Shown: piece after piece, positions 46,686-55,802 of the stretch
Position numbering within the stretch: the stretch's first letter is position 1
Layout: every line of letters begins with the position of its first letter
Assembly (NCBI GenBank): GCA_964470695.1
Contig: CAYYDR010000001.1
Coordinates: 209,997 to 273,996, forward strand
DNA: 64,000 nucleotides
Direction of reading: 5' to 3'
DNA from: an uncultured Gammaproteobacteria bacterium
GTDB taxonomy: Bacteria; Patescibacteriota; Patescibacteriia; Patescibacteriales; UBA12465
Program-made: the position numbers and the translations under genes
Notes under the pieces: model-generated
Databases searched by the model: none
What the model was told of the DNA's origin: nothing
What the model saw: only the letters and a program-made list of their open reading frames with translations

Positions 46686-47975
46686 TTATTTTTTTATAAT
46701 ATCAGCTAGACCGCGTCTGACATCCCAGTCATCCTGATCTAAGTCCGAATATAATTTTAAATTTGGAAAAGTTTCGGTAATGGCGTAGTGCATCTTATGG
46801 GCAATGCCGCGCAGGGAAGGATGGACGGTTCTATTAGAGCGGAGTTCGGTAACATAGACGGCCGCCGGTAGGGGAAAGCTGAATTGGCAGGCGACATTAA
46901 AGCCGATGGCAATATAATATTGTCTTATTTCTGGCGATGTTTCAAGCTGGCTGATCGCTGCGGTTTGTTCGGTTATTAATTTCGTCGCTTCTAGTCTCAG
47001 ATTCTCCGGCAGCTGCTCTAAGTACCAAGGATTAAAGCCTAGTTTGGTAGTTAAAAGCGGCATGCGGCAAATTCCGCTGCGATGGCGCTGGATATCTCGG
47101 AAAGAACCGAAATCCAAAGTAAAATTAAAAGTGAGGAGACCTAAGTCGCCTAAGAAGGTGGGCAGGCCTATTTTCGGCGGCCGGCTATCTATTATTTCTT
47201 GGTATTTACTAAGTTCAGCTGGTTTAATTGAGGTGCTTAGGGAGAAGTCAATTGGCTCACTGGGATTAAAATAAGAATATTTTGTCACTGTTTCTTGGCG
47301 ATATTTTTCCTGCGCTTCGCTTAAGACATGGGAGAAGCTATGAGAATATTTTTCTTTTAGTTTATCTAGAATTATATTGCTAGTTTGTCTGACTTCTTCT
47401 AAGGGGTGATGGCGGAGCAGGGCAATATGATCCCAGGCTTGGCGCAGATTAGTGTGCCAGCTTAGCTGAGTAGTGATGCCGGCTGGCAGGAAACCGCGCA
47501 TCGTATCAAAGCCGCGCGCTTTTATCGCTTTTATATAAACACCCTCGTCTTCTCCTTCCTGCCGGGGATATTTGGTCATTAAGTAAGCTTGGATTTTTTC
47601 TTGATTGCTAATATAAAAACTCATCCATTTATCTAAAATAGCTTTTGACTCCGGCGTATTAAGTGGATCAATAATCGGCTGCTTGCTCATATCAATATAA
47701 CGGGTGCTGGTTTCTTGGCCGCTATATAATTGCCAGTCCTGGATGGCTTTATCGCCTAAGATGCTAATGTTTTCTATAAATATAGTAGTGCTGCCGCAGT
47801 CGGCAATACTGGCGTGCCCATAACCGACGTAAAAAGTAGCCATGAATTTTCCTGACCCGCTCTGTTTTACCTTCTCAACATGTTCTGTGACGCTTTTAGG
47901 GCTTCTAGAATATAGAGCCTGCATCATCGCTAAATCTTCGGGATTAAATTCGTCGTATATAAAAATATTAGCCAT
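46686..47975 (-). CDS. thyX: ThyX-like flavin-dependent thymidylate synthase, apparent two-half (duplicated) form
   Basis: LYSGQETSTRY in the N-terminal half matches the S-x2-E-x-S-x-RY part of the ThyX signature. QRHRSG in the C-terminal half supplies the RHR part. NLRQAWDHIALLRHHPLEEVRQ and ELRSNRTVHPSLRGIAHKM resemble the ThyX LR...EIR helix. Confidence 0.55.
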   Translation of the reverse strand: MANIFIYDEFNPEDLAMMQALYSRSPKSVTEHVEKVKQSGSGKFMATFYVGYGHASIADCGSTTIFIENISILGDKAIQDWQLYSGQETSTRYIDMSKQPIIDPLNTPESKAILDKWMSFYISNQEKIQAYLMTKYPRQEGEDEGVYIKAIKARGFDTMRGFLPAGITTQLSWHTNLRQAWDHIALLRHHPLEEVRQTSNIILDKLKEKYSHSFSHVLSEAQEKYRQETVTKYSYFNPSEPIDFSLSTSIKPAELSKYQEIIDSRPPKIGLPTFLGDLGLLTFNFTLDFGSFRDIQRHRSGICRMPLLTTKLGFNPWYLEQLPENLRLEATKLITEQTAAISQLETSPEIRQYYIAIGFNVACQFSFPLPAAVYVTELRSNRTVHPSLRGIAHKMHYAITETFPNLKLYSDLDQDDWDVRRGLADIIKK

Positions 47976-47985
47976 AGATTTAAAA

Positions 47986-48495
47986 TTATTGATCTTCGTA
48001 TTTAGTAACCTCCTCGTTTAATAGTTCGTATTCTATCCCCGCTAGTTTGAATATTTCTTTGCTGCGGCTGCCGGCATGGTAATCTTGCAGGACAACAACA
48101 CGCTTAATGCCAGCGTTAATAATTAGTTTAGCGCAGGTATAGCAAGGCGTCATTTTGCAGTATAAAGTTCCGCCTTCTAAAGCGATCCCGATGCGGGCTG
48201 CTTCACAGATAGCGTTTTGTTCAGCATGAGTAGTCCGAATGCAATGGCGGCTAGTCGTACCGTCTTCGTTGGTGACGGTATGCATTTCATGCCCGACTTC
48301 ATCGCAATGCGGCGTACCAATCGGCGAGCCATTATAACCAGTTGATATAATTCTTTTATTTTTAGTAATGACACAGCCGCCTCGGAAACGATCACAAGTG
48401 CCGCGACTGCCGACCATCTCTACTATTTTTAAGAAATATTCATCCCAAGAAGGGCGCTGGTACACTTCTTTTTTGGCTTCATTTTCTGTGGCCAT
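47986..48495 (-). CDS. comEB: dCMP deaminase (ComEB family)
   Basis: HAEQNAI and PCYTCAKLI zinc-binding motifs. Size 169 aa. Confidence 0.85.
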   Translation of the reverse strand: MATENEAKKEVYQRPSWDEYFLKIVEMVGSRGTCDRFRGGCVITKNKRIISTGYNGSPIGTPHCDEVGHEMHTVTNEDGTTSRHCIRTTHAEQNAICEAARIGIALEGGTLYCKMTPCYTCAKLIINAGIKRVVVLQDYHAGSRSKEIFKLAGIEYELLNEEVTKYEDQ

Positions 48496-48677
48496 AAAAT
48501 TATATTTTGAAATGATTTTAAGAGTCTAAAAGTATTTATAGTTTAACCCATTATTTAAATAAAATAAATCTTGACAGATATACTTTTATGTTACTTTTAG
48601 GCTTCCAAAAAGCCTAAAAAGGAGCTAGACTATAGATAGATTGAGAATGTTTTTAAGGCTTCGGCTAGTTAAAGTCT

Positions 48678-48944
48678 ATGTTATCAAAATATATTGATAA
48701 TTTGTCTAATAATAGGGAAATATATTTAAAAGTCAAAATTGTCCCCGGTAAAGCGAAGACCGAGTTTTTGAATCCCATGGCCGATGGTACGCTTAAAATT
48801 GCCGTCGCCGCTATCCCTGAGAAGGGGGAGGCTAATTCGGAGCTGATTAAGTTTTTGGCCGCTGAGCTAGGTGTTCGTAAATATCAGGTGCAAATAACCG
48901 CCGGAACTAGCAGCCGTGATAAGCTCATTAAGGTTAGTCGCTAG
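48678..48944 (+). CDS. DUF167/YggU-family small protein
   Basis: LKVKIVPGKAKTEF...LKIAVAAIPEKGEANSELIKFLA...AGTSSRDKLIKV. Confidence 0.7.
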   Translation: MLSKYIDNLSNNREIYLKVKIVPGKAKTEFLNPMADGTLKIAVAAIPEKGEANSELIKFLAAELGVRKYQVQITAGTSSRDKLIKVSR

Positions 48945-48952
48945 TCAATAAT

Positions 48953-49789
48953 ATGGAGATTGCTATCATTATCGTTTCCTGGAACGTTAAGGAAAAGTTA
49001 CGAGCCAATTTAAACGCCTTGTTTCATTCACTGGGTGTTTTTAAATTTACCGTGCTAGTTGTTGACAATGCTTCGTCAGACGGCAGTGCTGATATGGTTC
49101 GGACAGAGTTTCCTGATGTTTATTTAATTGCTAATCAGACTAATTTAGGTTTTGCTAAGGCGAGTAATCAAGCGCTTGAATTAGCCGAAGCGGATTTTAT
49201 TTTATTATTGAACCCGGATATGCTGGTAGAGCCAGATACTATCCGTAATATTTTAGATTTTGCCCGTAAGAATCCTCAGGCGACGGTTAGCGGCTGTCGT
49301 TTAATAAATGAAAAGGGGAAAACTATAAAACAGGTGCGACGTTTTCCTAGATTTTTTGATCAATTAATGATTACGCTTAAAATACCGCATGTTTTTCCCG
49401 CGGTTTTAAATAATTATTTAAACGTTGATTTTGATTATAGCGAGCCGGGCAGGGTGGACTCTATTAGAGGCGCTTTTTTTATGATTAACCGCCTTCAGTA
49501 TCAGAAGTTAAGCGGGTTAGATAAACCATTTTTGGATGAAAGGTATTTTATTTGGTTTGAGGAAGTTGATTTTTGCCGCCAGGTATATAAATTAGGTGGG
49601 GAAGTTTGGTATACGCCGAGCGCCCAGTGCCTAGATTATGTGGGGGCAAGCTTTAGCCAGGTTAAAAGGGGCAAGACACAGGAGTATTTTTGCGATTCCA
49701 TGTTAAGATATTTTCAGAAGTGGGAGCCGAAGTGGCAATACTATTTTTTAAAATCTGTTTGGCGGTTAGTTAAGATTTTTGTGAAGTAA
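48953..49789 (+). CDS. family 2 glycosyltransferase
   Basis: IIIVSWN, VVDNASSDGS, NLGFAKASN, LLNPDM, EEVDFC. Confidence 0.8.
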   Translation: MEIAIIIVSWNVKEKLRANLNALFHSLGVFKFTVLVVDNASSDGSADMVRTEFPDVYLIANQTNLGFAKASNQALELAEADFILLLNPDMLVEPDTIRNILDFARKNPQATVSGCRLINEKGKTIKQVRRFPRFFDQLMITLKIPHVFPAVLNNYLNVDFDYSEPGRVDSIRGAFFMINRLQYQKLSGLDKPFLDERYFIWFEEVDFCRQVYKLGGEVWYTPSAQCLDYVGASFSQVKRGKTQEYFCDSMLRYFQKWEPKWQYYFLKSVWRLVKIFVK

Positions 49790-49808
49790 TTATTTTTTGA
49801 GATTGGTT

Positions 49809-50876
49809 ATGCCTAAAAAAGTCGGTATCATTTTAGTGAACTATAAAGATTACGCCAGCCGTTTCTTGGCGGCCTGCCGCGACTCTTTGCGCGCTCAGGA
49901 TTATCCTCGGGAATCAACTAGTATTTATATTGTTGATAATGCTTCTAATTCGGAATCGGCCCAGTATCTGCAAGATAATTTTCCTGAGGCAATAATTTTG
50001 CCGCGGCCGGACGGAAATTACGCGGCCGCTAATAATTTAGGTTTTCAGACGGCCATTAAAGACGGTTGTGAATATTTAGTGCCAGTTAATATGGATACGG
50101 AGGCGACCCCTAATTGGCTTAGTGAATTAGTTGCGGCTTTAGATAACAATTATAATGCCGGCGTCGCCCAATCTAAAATTTTATTGTATCCTAAAAATGA
50201 AGCGGAAAAAGCTAAGCCGTTAGTCAACAGCCTCGGTAATGTAATCCATTTTTTGGGCTTTGGATATGCCTCCGGTTACGGCTCTCCAGACCGGGAAATC
50301 ACTGGTTATCCAGAAATACCAGGCTATGCCAGCGGCTGCTCCTTTATTATTAGGTCTAAAGTTTTTCAGGCGATTGGCGGATATAATGAAGATTTCTATA
50401 TGTATCATGATGATATGGAAATCAGCCTAAAAGTTAAGTTGGCCGGTTATAAAATTATTTTAGCGCCTCGGTCGCGTATTTTCCATAAGTATGAGTTTTC
50501 GCGGAGCGTCAGTATGCTTTACTATATGGAGCGTAACCGTTATTTAACCCTTTTAACCTTTTATCCGACTCATATCTTGTTTCTAATTGCTTTGCCGGCC
50601 GTCGTGATGGATTTGGGTATGTTTTTTTACTCTATTTTAAATGGCTGGTTCAAGACGGAAATAAAAGTCTATGCTTATTTTTTTAATCCAGCCACTTATT
50701 TTAAGATAGATGCCCAAAAAAGAAAAATTAAGCAGTTGCAGGCTGTTAAATTTTCGTCTTTGGCGCGCCATTTTTCCGGTCGGATTGAATTCCAGGAAAT
50801 TGCTAATCCAGTTTTGAAATATTTAGCCAATCCCTTGCTTAATTTTTATTGGCAAGTAATAAAAAGAATTATTTAG
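49809..50876 (+). CDS. family 2 glycosyltransferase with C-terminal TM segments
   Basis: GIILVNY, IVDNASN, NMDT, DDMEISLK. ATG 49809 preferred over TTG 49797. Confidence 0.8.
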   Translation: MPKKVGIILVNYKDYASRFLAACRDSLRAQDYPRESTSIYIVDNASNSESAQYLQDNFPEAIILPRPDGNYAAANNLGFQTAIKDGCEYLVPVNMDTEATPNWLSELVAALDNNYNAGVAQSKILLYPKNEAEKAKPLVNSLGNVIHFLGFGYASGYGSPDREITGYPEIPGYASGCSFIIRSKVFQAIGGYNEDFYMYHDDMEISLKVKLAGYKIILAPRSRIFHKYEFSRSVSMLYYMERNRYLTLLTFYPTHILFLIALPAVVMDLGMFFYSILNGWFKTEIKVYAYFFNPATYFKIDAQKRKIKQLQAVKFSSLARHFSGRIEFQEIANPVLKYLANPLLNFYWQVIKRII

Positions 50877-50884
50877 TTTTTGCT

Positions 50885-51727
50885 ATGGATTTATCAATTA
50901 TTATTCTTAATTATCATAGTCGTTCTAAGCTATTAAATTGCCTAGATTCTTTGGAGCGGGCGGAGTTTAGCCAATTGAAATATGAAATTATCGTCGTTGA
51001 TGTTAATGATAGGTCAGATGTCAGCGAACTGGCTGATTTTGATCGGCTTTACCCTAGCGTCCGTTTGATTATAAATTCTAAAAATTTAGGCATGGGCGGC
51101 GGTAATAATCTTGGCCTTAAAGAGGCGCGCGGAGAGTATATTTTGATTCTTAACCCCGATACTATCATAAAAAACGGGGCAATACCGAAGCTTTGCCAGT
51201 ATTTAAAAAACAATTCCCAGGTTGGCTTAGTCGGCCCTAAATTATTTTATCCCGATAACACTCTGCAATTATCCTGCGCCCGTTTTCCTCACTTTTTTAT
51301 GCCTATTTTACGCCGGACTTTTTTAGGCGATTATTTTAAGGAGGCGCGCGATAGTTTTACTATGGTTGATTTTGATCATAACTCAATCGCCGAGGTAGAT
51401 TGGCTGATGGGGTCATGCCTGATGTTTAAGAAGAAGATAGTTTTGGCGAGCGGCTTAGTTTTTGAACCGCAGTTTGACGAACGTTATTTTATGTATTTTG
51501 AAGATACTGACTTAGCGCGGGAGTTCTGGACAAAAGATTTAAAAGTGGTTTATAATCCGGAGGCGGTTGTTATTCATGATCATCAGCGCGGGAGCGCTAA
51601 ATATCCTTGGTATCTGGCCGTATTTCTTGACCATCTGGCTAGACAGCACATTTACTCCTGGCTGAAATATTTTGCGAAGTGGGGGTTTAGGCGCTCCGTG
51701 TCTAATCGGTTCAAAGTTAATAAGTAG
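50885..51727 (+). CDS. family 2 glycosyltransferase
   Basis: SIIILNYH, NLGMGGGNN, ILNPDT, FEDTDL. ATG 50885 preferred over the overlapping start at 50849. Confidence 0.8.
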   Translation: MDLSIIILNYHSRSKLLNCLDSLERAEFSQLKYEIIVVDVNDRSDVSELADFDRLYPSVRLIINSKNLGMGGGNNLGLKEARGEYILILNPDTIIKNGAIPKLCQYLKNNSQVGLVGPKLFYPDNTLQLSCARFPHFFMPILRRTFLGDYFKEARDSFTMVDFDHNSIAEVDWLMGSCLMFKKKIVLASGLVFEPQFDERYFMYFEDTDLAREFWTKDLKVVYNPEAVVIHDHQRGSAKYPWYLAVFLDHLARQHIYSWLKYFAKWGFRRSVSNRFKVNK

Positions 51728-51749
51728 ATATTTTTAAATAATATTTTTT

Positions 51750-52619
51750 ATGAAAAAAATTAAGAAGGCGATTTTTCCGGTCGCTGGATTTGGTACTAGA
51801 TTTTTACCGGCAACTAAGGCTCAGCCTAAAGAAATGCTGATGATTGTTGATAAACCAGTCATCCAATATTTAGTAGAAGAAGTGGTGCGAGCCGGAATTG
51901 AGGAAGTAATTTTCGTTACTGGCCGCGGTAAGCGTGCGATTGAAGATCATTTTGATTATTCTTTTGAGCTAGAAAAAACGCTAGTAGAAAAAAATAAACT
52001 GGATTTAGTTAAGAAAGTAAAAGAGGTGGAAAATCTGGCTAGTTTCTCCTATGTCAGACAGCCGATTCCTTTAGGTGACGGCCATGCCGTTAATTGCGCT
52101 TCCCATTTAGTTGACGATGATGAATCTGTTCTAGTCGTTTTTGGCGACACCCTGTATGATTCTGATATTTCGCGCCAAGTGATGGAAACTTTTGCTAAAT
52201 ATGGCCAGCCGGTAATCGGCTTGGCTGAAGTGGATAAAGAAGAGGTTAGTAAGTTCGGCGTGATTGAAGGCGTTGATTTAGGCGATGGGGTTTACGAAAT
52301 AAAAAAAATTATTGAGAAGCCGCCGGTTAACAAGGCTCCCTCTAATTTAGTTGCGGTTGGTATTTATGTAATTACGCCTAACGTATTTATGGTTTTAGGC
52401 CAGATGGACTCCGGCAAATCAGGCGAGATTAGACTAGCCGATGCTTTTGAAAAGATTTTGGAGAGCGGCCAGCCTATTTATGGCAAGAAGTTAAGCGGAC
52501 AATGGCTTGATACAGGCAATAAGTTTAATTTTATCAAAGCTACTTTAAAAGTCGGCTTAAAAGATGAAGAAATTGGCCGCGATTTACAGGGCTTGATTAA
52601 TGAGTTAAGCCAAAAATAA
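51750..52619 (+). CDS. galU: UTP-glucose-1-phosphate uridylyltransferase
   Basis: KAIFPVAGFGTRFLPATKAQPKEML, VRQPIPLGDGHA. Confidence 0.92.
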   Translation: MKKIKKAIFPVAGFGTRFLPATKAQPKEMLMIVDKPVIQYLVEEVVRAGIEEVIFVTGRGKRAIEDHFDYSFELEKTLVEKNKLDLVKKVKEVENLASFSYVRQPIPLGDGHAVNCASHLVDDDESVLVVFGDTLYDSDISRQVMETFAKYGQPVIGLAEVDKEEVSKFGVIEGVDLGDGVYEIKKIIEKPPVNKAPSNLVAVGIYVITPNVFMVLGQMDSGKSGEIRLADAFEKILESGQPIYGKKLSGQWLDTGNKFNFIKATLKVGLKDEEIGRDLQGLINELSQK

Positions 52620-52652
52620 ACTGTCCTTATCAGATTTATAGTTAAGTTTAAA

Positions 52653-52680
52653 AAATATCCGGTTACCCGGATATTTTTGT
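52653..52680. terminator. bidirectional intrinsic terminator
   Basis: 10-bp stem AAATATCCGG/CCGGATATTT, loop TTAC, flanked by an A-run and a T-run. Confidence 0.75.
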
Positions 52681-52713
52681 TTTTATTATTTTAGGAATTG
52701 GCTTAATGACTAA

Positions 52714-54045
52714 TTATTTTAGGCGCAGACTATAAGCCCCCTCTAGCTGGCCGATTTTGGCCCAGAAATAAAGAATATCATTTTTATCGTCCAGAGCCAG
52801 GGAAGATATTTGTTCGGTTTTTAAGATTTTAGTAATAGTGCCGATTTTTAAATCTAAAGCGTTTAAGCTGTTAGCAGTAGAGAAGATGAGATAGTTGCTG
52901 TCTTTATTCCAGATTATCTGGCTGATTTCTTCGCCGACTCTAGTTAAGAGTCCGGCGTCTTTTTGGCGGAGATCAAAGAGGTATATTTCCCAATTGTTAT
53001 GGTAGATTAAAGTTTCCGCGTCTAGCCATTGCCAGCTAACAATATTTTTTATGGTTTTTAGACCGCTAGTCAAATCATCGGGATTAATAAGATACAGGGT
53101 TTGGTTCTGGCTGTCGTATAGCGACAGATATTTTTGATTATCAGAGGCGAAGCGGTATTGGCCGACTGATGGCAGATTAATCTCTTGGATTATTTTTTGT
53201 TCTTTTAGGGAGTAATGTCTTAAGATGGTTTTATTAGCATTATTTAAGACAATAAACAATTCTTCTCCGCGCGGTTCATAGGCTAAATAATCGCCGCCAC
53301 TGATAGCTATTTGGCTAGTTTTATTGGTGGTTTCTAGGTAGCTGATAGTATCGCGGCTTTTATAATATAAACGATCATTATCTTCATCATAGCGCCAATC
53401 GCTAGCGCCAGTGCCGATAAGCGACCGATAATCAAGATCATCATTATTGTCAGGGCTAAAAATTTGCCCGCTAGTAAATAACAGCTGCTTGTCCTTTAGC
53501 CATCGCCCAGAATCAAAATTGTCTCCGGACATAATTTTCTCTTGGCCGGTTTTAAGAGTAATTATTTTTTTGGTGCTGGAAATAAAGAGGTACTTGTAGT
53601 TAGAATTAAGTTCCAATTTTCCCAGCGGGGAAGCTGACACTAAAAGCGGCAGATCGTTACGGAAGAGATTAATATCTTCTATAAAGGTTGTCTGGCCAGG
53701 ATAGACGCTAATTTTTTTATACAGAGGCCAATAACCATCGCGCTCTAAACCTAGGGTATATTCACCGGGCAAAACATTTTTAACTTTAGCGGCGGTTTTC
53801 AGATATTCTTTTTGCCAGGGATTTAAAGAAAAGTTAGCTTGCGGCTCGTCATTTAAATAGACTGTTGCTCCGCTAGGGCTGGAGTCAACGGCAATCATGC
53901 CGGTTTTTATTAAAAGACGGTTGAGCTTAGGCGGCCAGCCAAAACTTATTTTATAGCCTGAGGCGTATAAAGAAACTAGGCCTGTGCCGGCCACAAAAAA
54001 TATAATAAATAAGATAAAGATGTAATCGCGGATTTTTTTAGACAT
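52714..54045 (-). CDS. membrane-anchored protein with a PEGA-like domain and a beta-propeller-like repeat region
   Basis: N-terminal TM segment, VDSSPSGATVYLNDE (PEGA-like), then repetitive strand-like segments. Confidence 0.55.
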   Translation of the reverse strand: MSKKIRDYIFILFIIFFVAGTGLVSLYASGYKISFGWPPKLNRLLIKTGMIAVDSSPSGATVYLNDEPQANFSLNPWQKEYLKTAAKVKNVLPGEYTLGLERDGYWPLYKKISVYPGQTTFIEDINLFRNDLPLLVSASPLGKLELNSNYKYLFISSTKKIITLKTGQEKIMSGDNFDSGRWLKDKQLLFTSGQIFSPDNNDDLDYRSLIGTGASDWRYDEDNDRLYYKSRDTISYLETTNKTSQIAISGGDYLAYEPRGEELFIVLNNANKTILRHYSLKEQKIIQEINLPSVGQYRFASDNQKYLSLYDSQNQTLYLINPDDLTSGLKTIKNIVSWQWLDAETLIYHNNWEIYLFDLRQKDAGLLTRVGEEISQIIWNKDSNYLIFSTANSLNALDLKIGTITKILKTEQISSLALDDKNDILYFWAKIGQLEGAYSLRLK

Positions 54046-54047
54046 AG

Positions 54048-55307
54048 TTATTCCTCACGGGTAATATCGGCGCCTAATAAGCGAAGCCGCTCGTCTAAAC
54101 GTTCATAGCCGCGATCAATTTGATAAATATTATCTATTTCCGTCCGTCCTTCGGCTACTAGAGCGGCAATAACTAGAGCGATACCGGCCCTTATGTCAGG
54201 GCTAATGAGTTTTTTGCCGTATAGTTTTGTCGGGCCATTAACAACAACACGGTGCGGGTCGCAGGCAATTATATTTGCCCCCATTTGGGATAGCATGTCA
54301 GTCCAGATTAAGCGCCGGTCGTAAATAGTTTCCTGAATTAAAGAATTGCCAGTCGCCTGAGTCATTAAGACTACATAGGGAGACTGGAGGTCGGTTGAAA
54401 ATCCAGGGTATTCATGAGTTTTTAAATCATAGGCCTTGATGGTGGATGATTTTTTCATTTTTATCCAATCAGAACCTGTTTCATAATTAACGCCTATCTT
54501 GTTAAAGATGGTTAGCAGGTTAAGAAGGTGTTCGGGGCAGCAATTTTTAATGGTAATTTCGGAATTAGTCGCGGCGGCCATTAAGGCGAATGACCCAGCC
54601 TCTATGCGATCAGGAATAATTTGGCAATCACCAGCGCTTAACTTAACTACGCCGTCTATAGTTATGGTTGGGGTTCCGGCGCCGATTATTTTTGCTCCCT
54701 GGGCATTAAGATACTCGGCTAGAGCCTCTATTTCTGGTTCCATGGCGCAATTTTTTAAAATAGTTTGGCCCTTAGCTAGGCAGGCCGTCATCATTAAACT
54801 TTGGGTACCAGTAACCGTAGCGGTAGTAAAGAAAAAGTTGCAGCCGGTTAGTTGTTTGGCTTTAATTTCGTAGTAATTATTTTTTACCGCTACTTGAGCG
54901 CCTAGCGCCGTAAATCCTTCCAGGAAGAGATCAATAGGTCGTCCGGCTGCGCCGATTACACAACCGCCCGGGTGGGGGAAGCTAACTTGGCCAAAACGGG
55001 CTAAAAGAGGGCCGACGAACATGATAGAGGTTCGGAATTTGTCGGCAATTTTTTTATCTAGAATAGTCTTTGATATTTGGCTAGAATTTATAGCGATAGT
55101 TTCTCCCTTATCTTCAATTTGAGCGCCCAGATCAGCTAATAATTCTAAAGACTTCTCAACTCCGTCTATTCTAGGGACATTATGGAGTTTAATAGTCTCC
55201 GTTGATAGCAGGGCGACAGGCAGCATTATCTGGGCGTTGTTTTTAGCGCCCCCAGTGATGATTTCCCCCTTTAGTTCTTTTTGGCCGTTAATAATGAATT
55301 TTGGCAT
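54048..55307 (-). CDS. murA: UDP-N-acetylglucosamine 1-carboxyvinyltransferase
   Basis: Full-length MurA pattern (GAKNNAQ, HPGGCVIG with the active-site Cys, RGYERLDERL). Confidence 0.95.
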   Translation of the reverse strand: MPKFIINGQKELKGEIITGGAKNNAQIMLPVALLSTETIKLHNVPRIDGVEKSLELLADLGAQIEDKGETIAINSSQISKTILDKKIADKFRTSIMFVGPLLARFGQVSFPHPGGCVIGAAGRPIDLFLEGFTALGAQVAVKNNYYEIKAKQLTGCNFFFTTATVTGTQSLMMTACLAKGQTILKNCAMEPEIEALAEYLNAQGAKIIGAGTPTITIDGVVKLSAGDCQIIPDRIEAGSFALMAAATNSEITIKNCCPEHLLNLLTIFNKIGVNYETGSDWIKMKKSSTIKAYDLKTHEYPGFSTDLQSPYVVLMTQATGNSLIQETIYDRRLIWTDMLSQMGANIIACDPHRVVVNGPTKLYGKKLISPDIRAGIALVIAALVAEGRTEIDNIYQIDRGYERLDERLRLLGADITREE

Positions 55308-55357
55308 ATTAGTAAAGTCTATTAATTTGCTTGGCTGAGATAACTATAACCCATTTG

Positions 55358-55385
55358 TTGACATTTTTCAAATATCTGCTATTAT
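55358..55385 (+). promoter_or_regulatory. sigma70-like promoter (TTGACA-16-TATTAT)
   Basis: TTGACA at 55358-55363, TATTAT at 55380-55385, upstream of rplU. Confidence 0.5.
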
Positions 55386-55435
55386 TAACTTAGTTCAGAG
55401 TCACGTCTGATTTTTTATTAAAAAAATTAGCTAAT

Positions 55436-55744
55436 ATGTCAAAAATTGCAGTAATCAAGACCGGCGGCAAACAGTATAAAGTTCAAGAAGGAGAAACTAT
55501 TAAAATTGAGAAACTGGAAGCTGAAAAAGGTCAGAAAATAAATTTAGATACTCTACTTATCGCTGATGGCGATAAATTAGAAGTAGGTCAGCCATCTTTA
55601 GGAGAAAAGGTAGCGGTTGAAGTTTTAGAAACTGCTAAAGGCCCTAAGGTAACGGTTGTTAAATATAAGAATAAGACTAGATACAAGAAAACCGTTGGTC
55701 ATCGCCAGAAGTACACGGCGGTTAAAGTTGTCAGTATCGCTTAA
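55436..55744 (+). CDS. rplU: 50S ribosomal protein L21
   Basis: IAVIKTGGKQYKVQEG...KYKNKTRYKKTVGHRQ. Confidence 0.95.
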   Translation: MSKIAVIKTGGKQYKVQEGETIKIEKLEAEKGQKINLDTLLIADGDKLEVGQPSLGEKVAVEVLETAKGPKVTVVKYKNKTRYKKTVGHRQKYTAVKVVSIA

Positions 55745-55767
55745 TTTTGAGTATTTACGATAAAATA

Positions 55768-55797
55768 AAAATCCGTCCCGAGAGGACGGATTTTTTG
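55768..55797. terminator. bidirectional intrinsic terminator
   Basis: ATCCGTCC-cgaga-GGACGGAT, flanked by AAAA and TTTTTT. Confidence 0.75.
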
Positions 55798-55802
55798 ATT
55801 GT

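Noticed and set aside
48597-48617. Hairpin TAGGCTT-ccaaa-AAGCCTA followed by AAGGAG and a 16-codon ORF upstream of the DUF167 gene, considered as a leader peptide or attenuator
   Set aside because: The mini-ORF (MFLRLRLVKVYVIKIY) has no regulatory-codon bias I can interpret. The hairpin has no T-run, and nothing links DUF167 to attenuation. The evidence is insufficient.
55401-55425. Small hairpin plus T-run upstream of rplU, considered as a ribosomal-protein leader or attenuator
   Set aside because: It has only about 4 base pairs (CAGA/TCTG), which is too weak to call. It does not resemble the L21 leader structure that I recall from Firmicutes.
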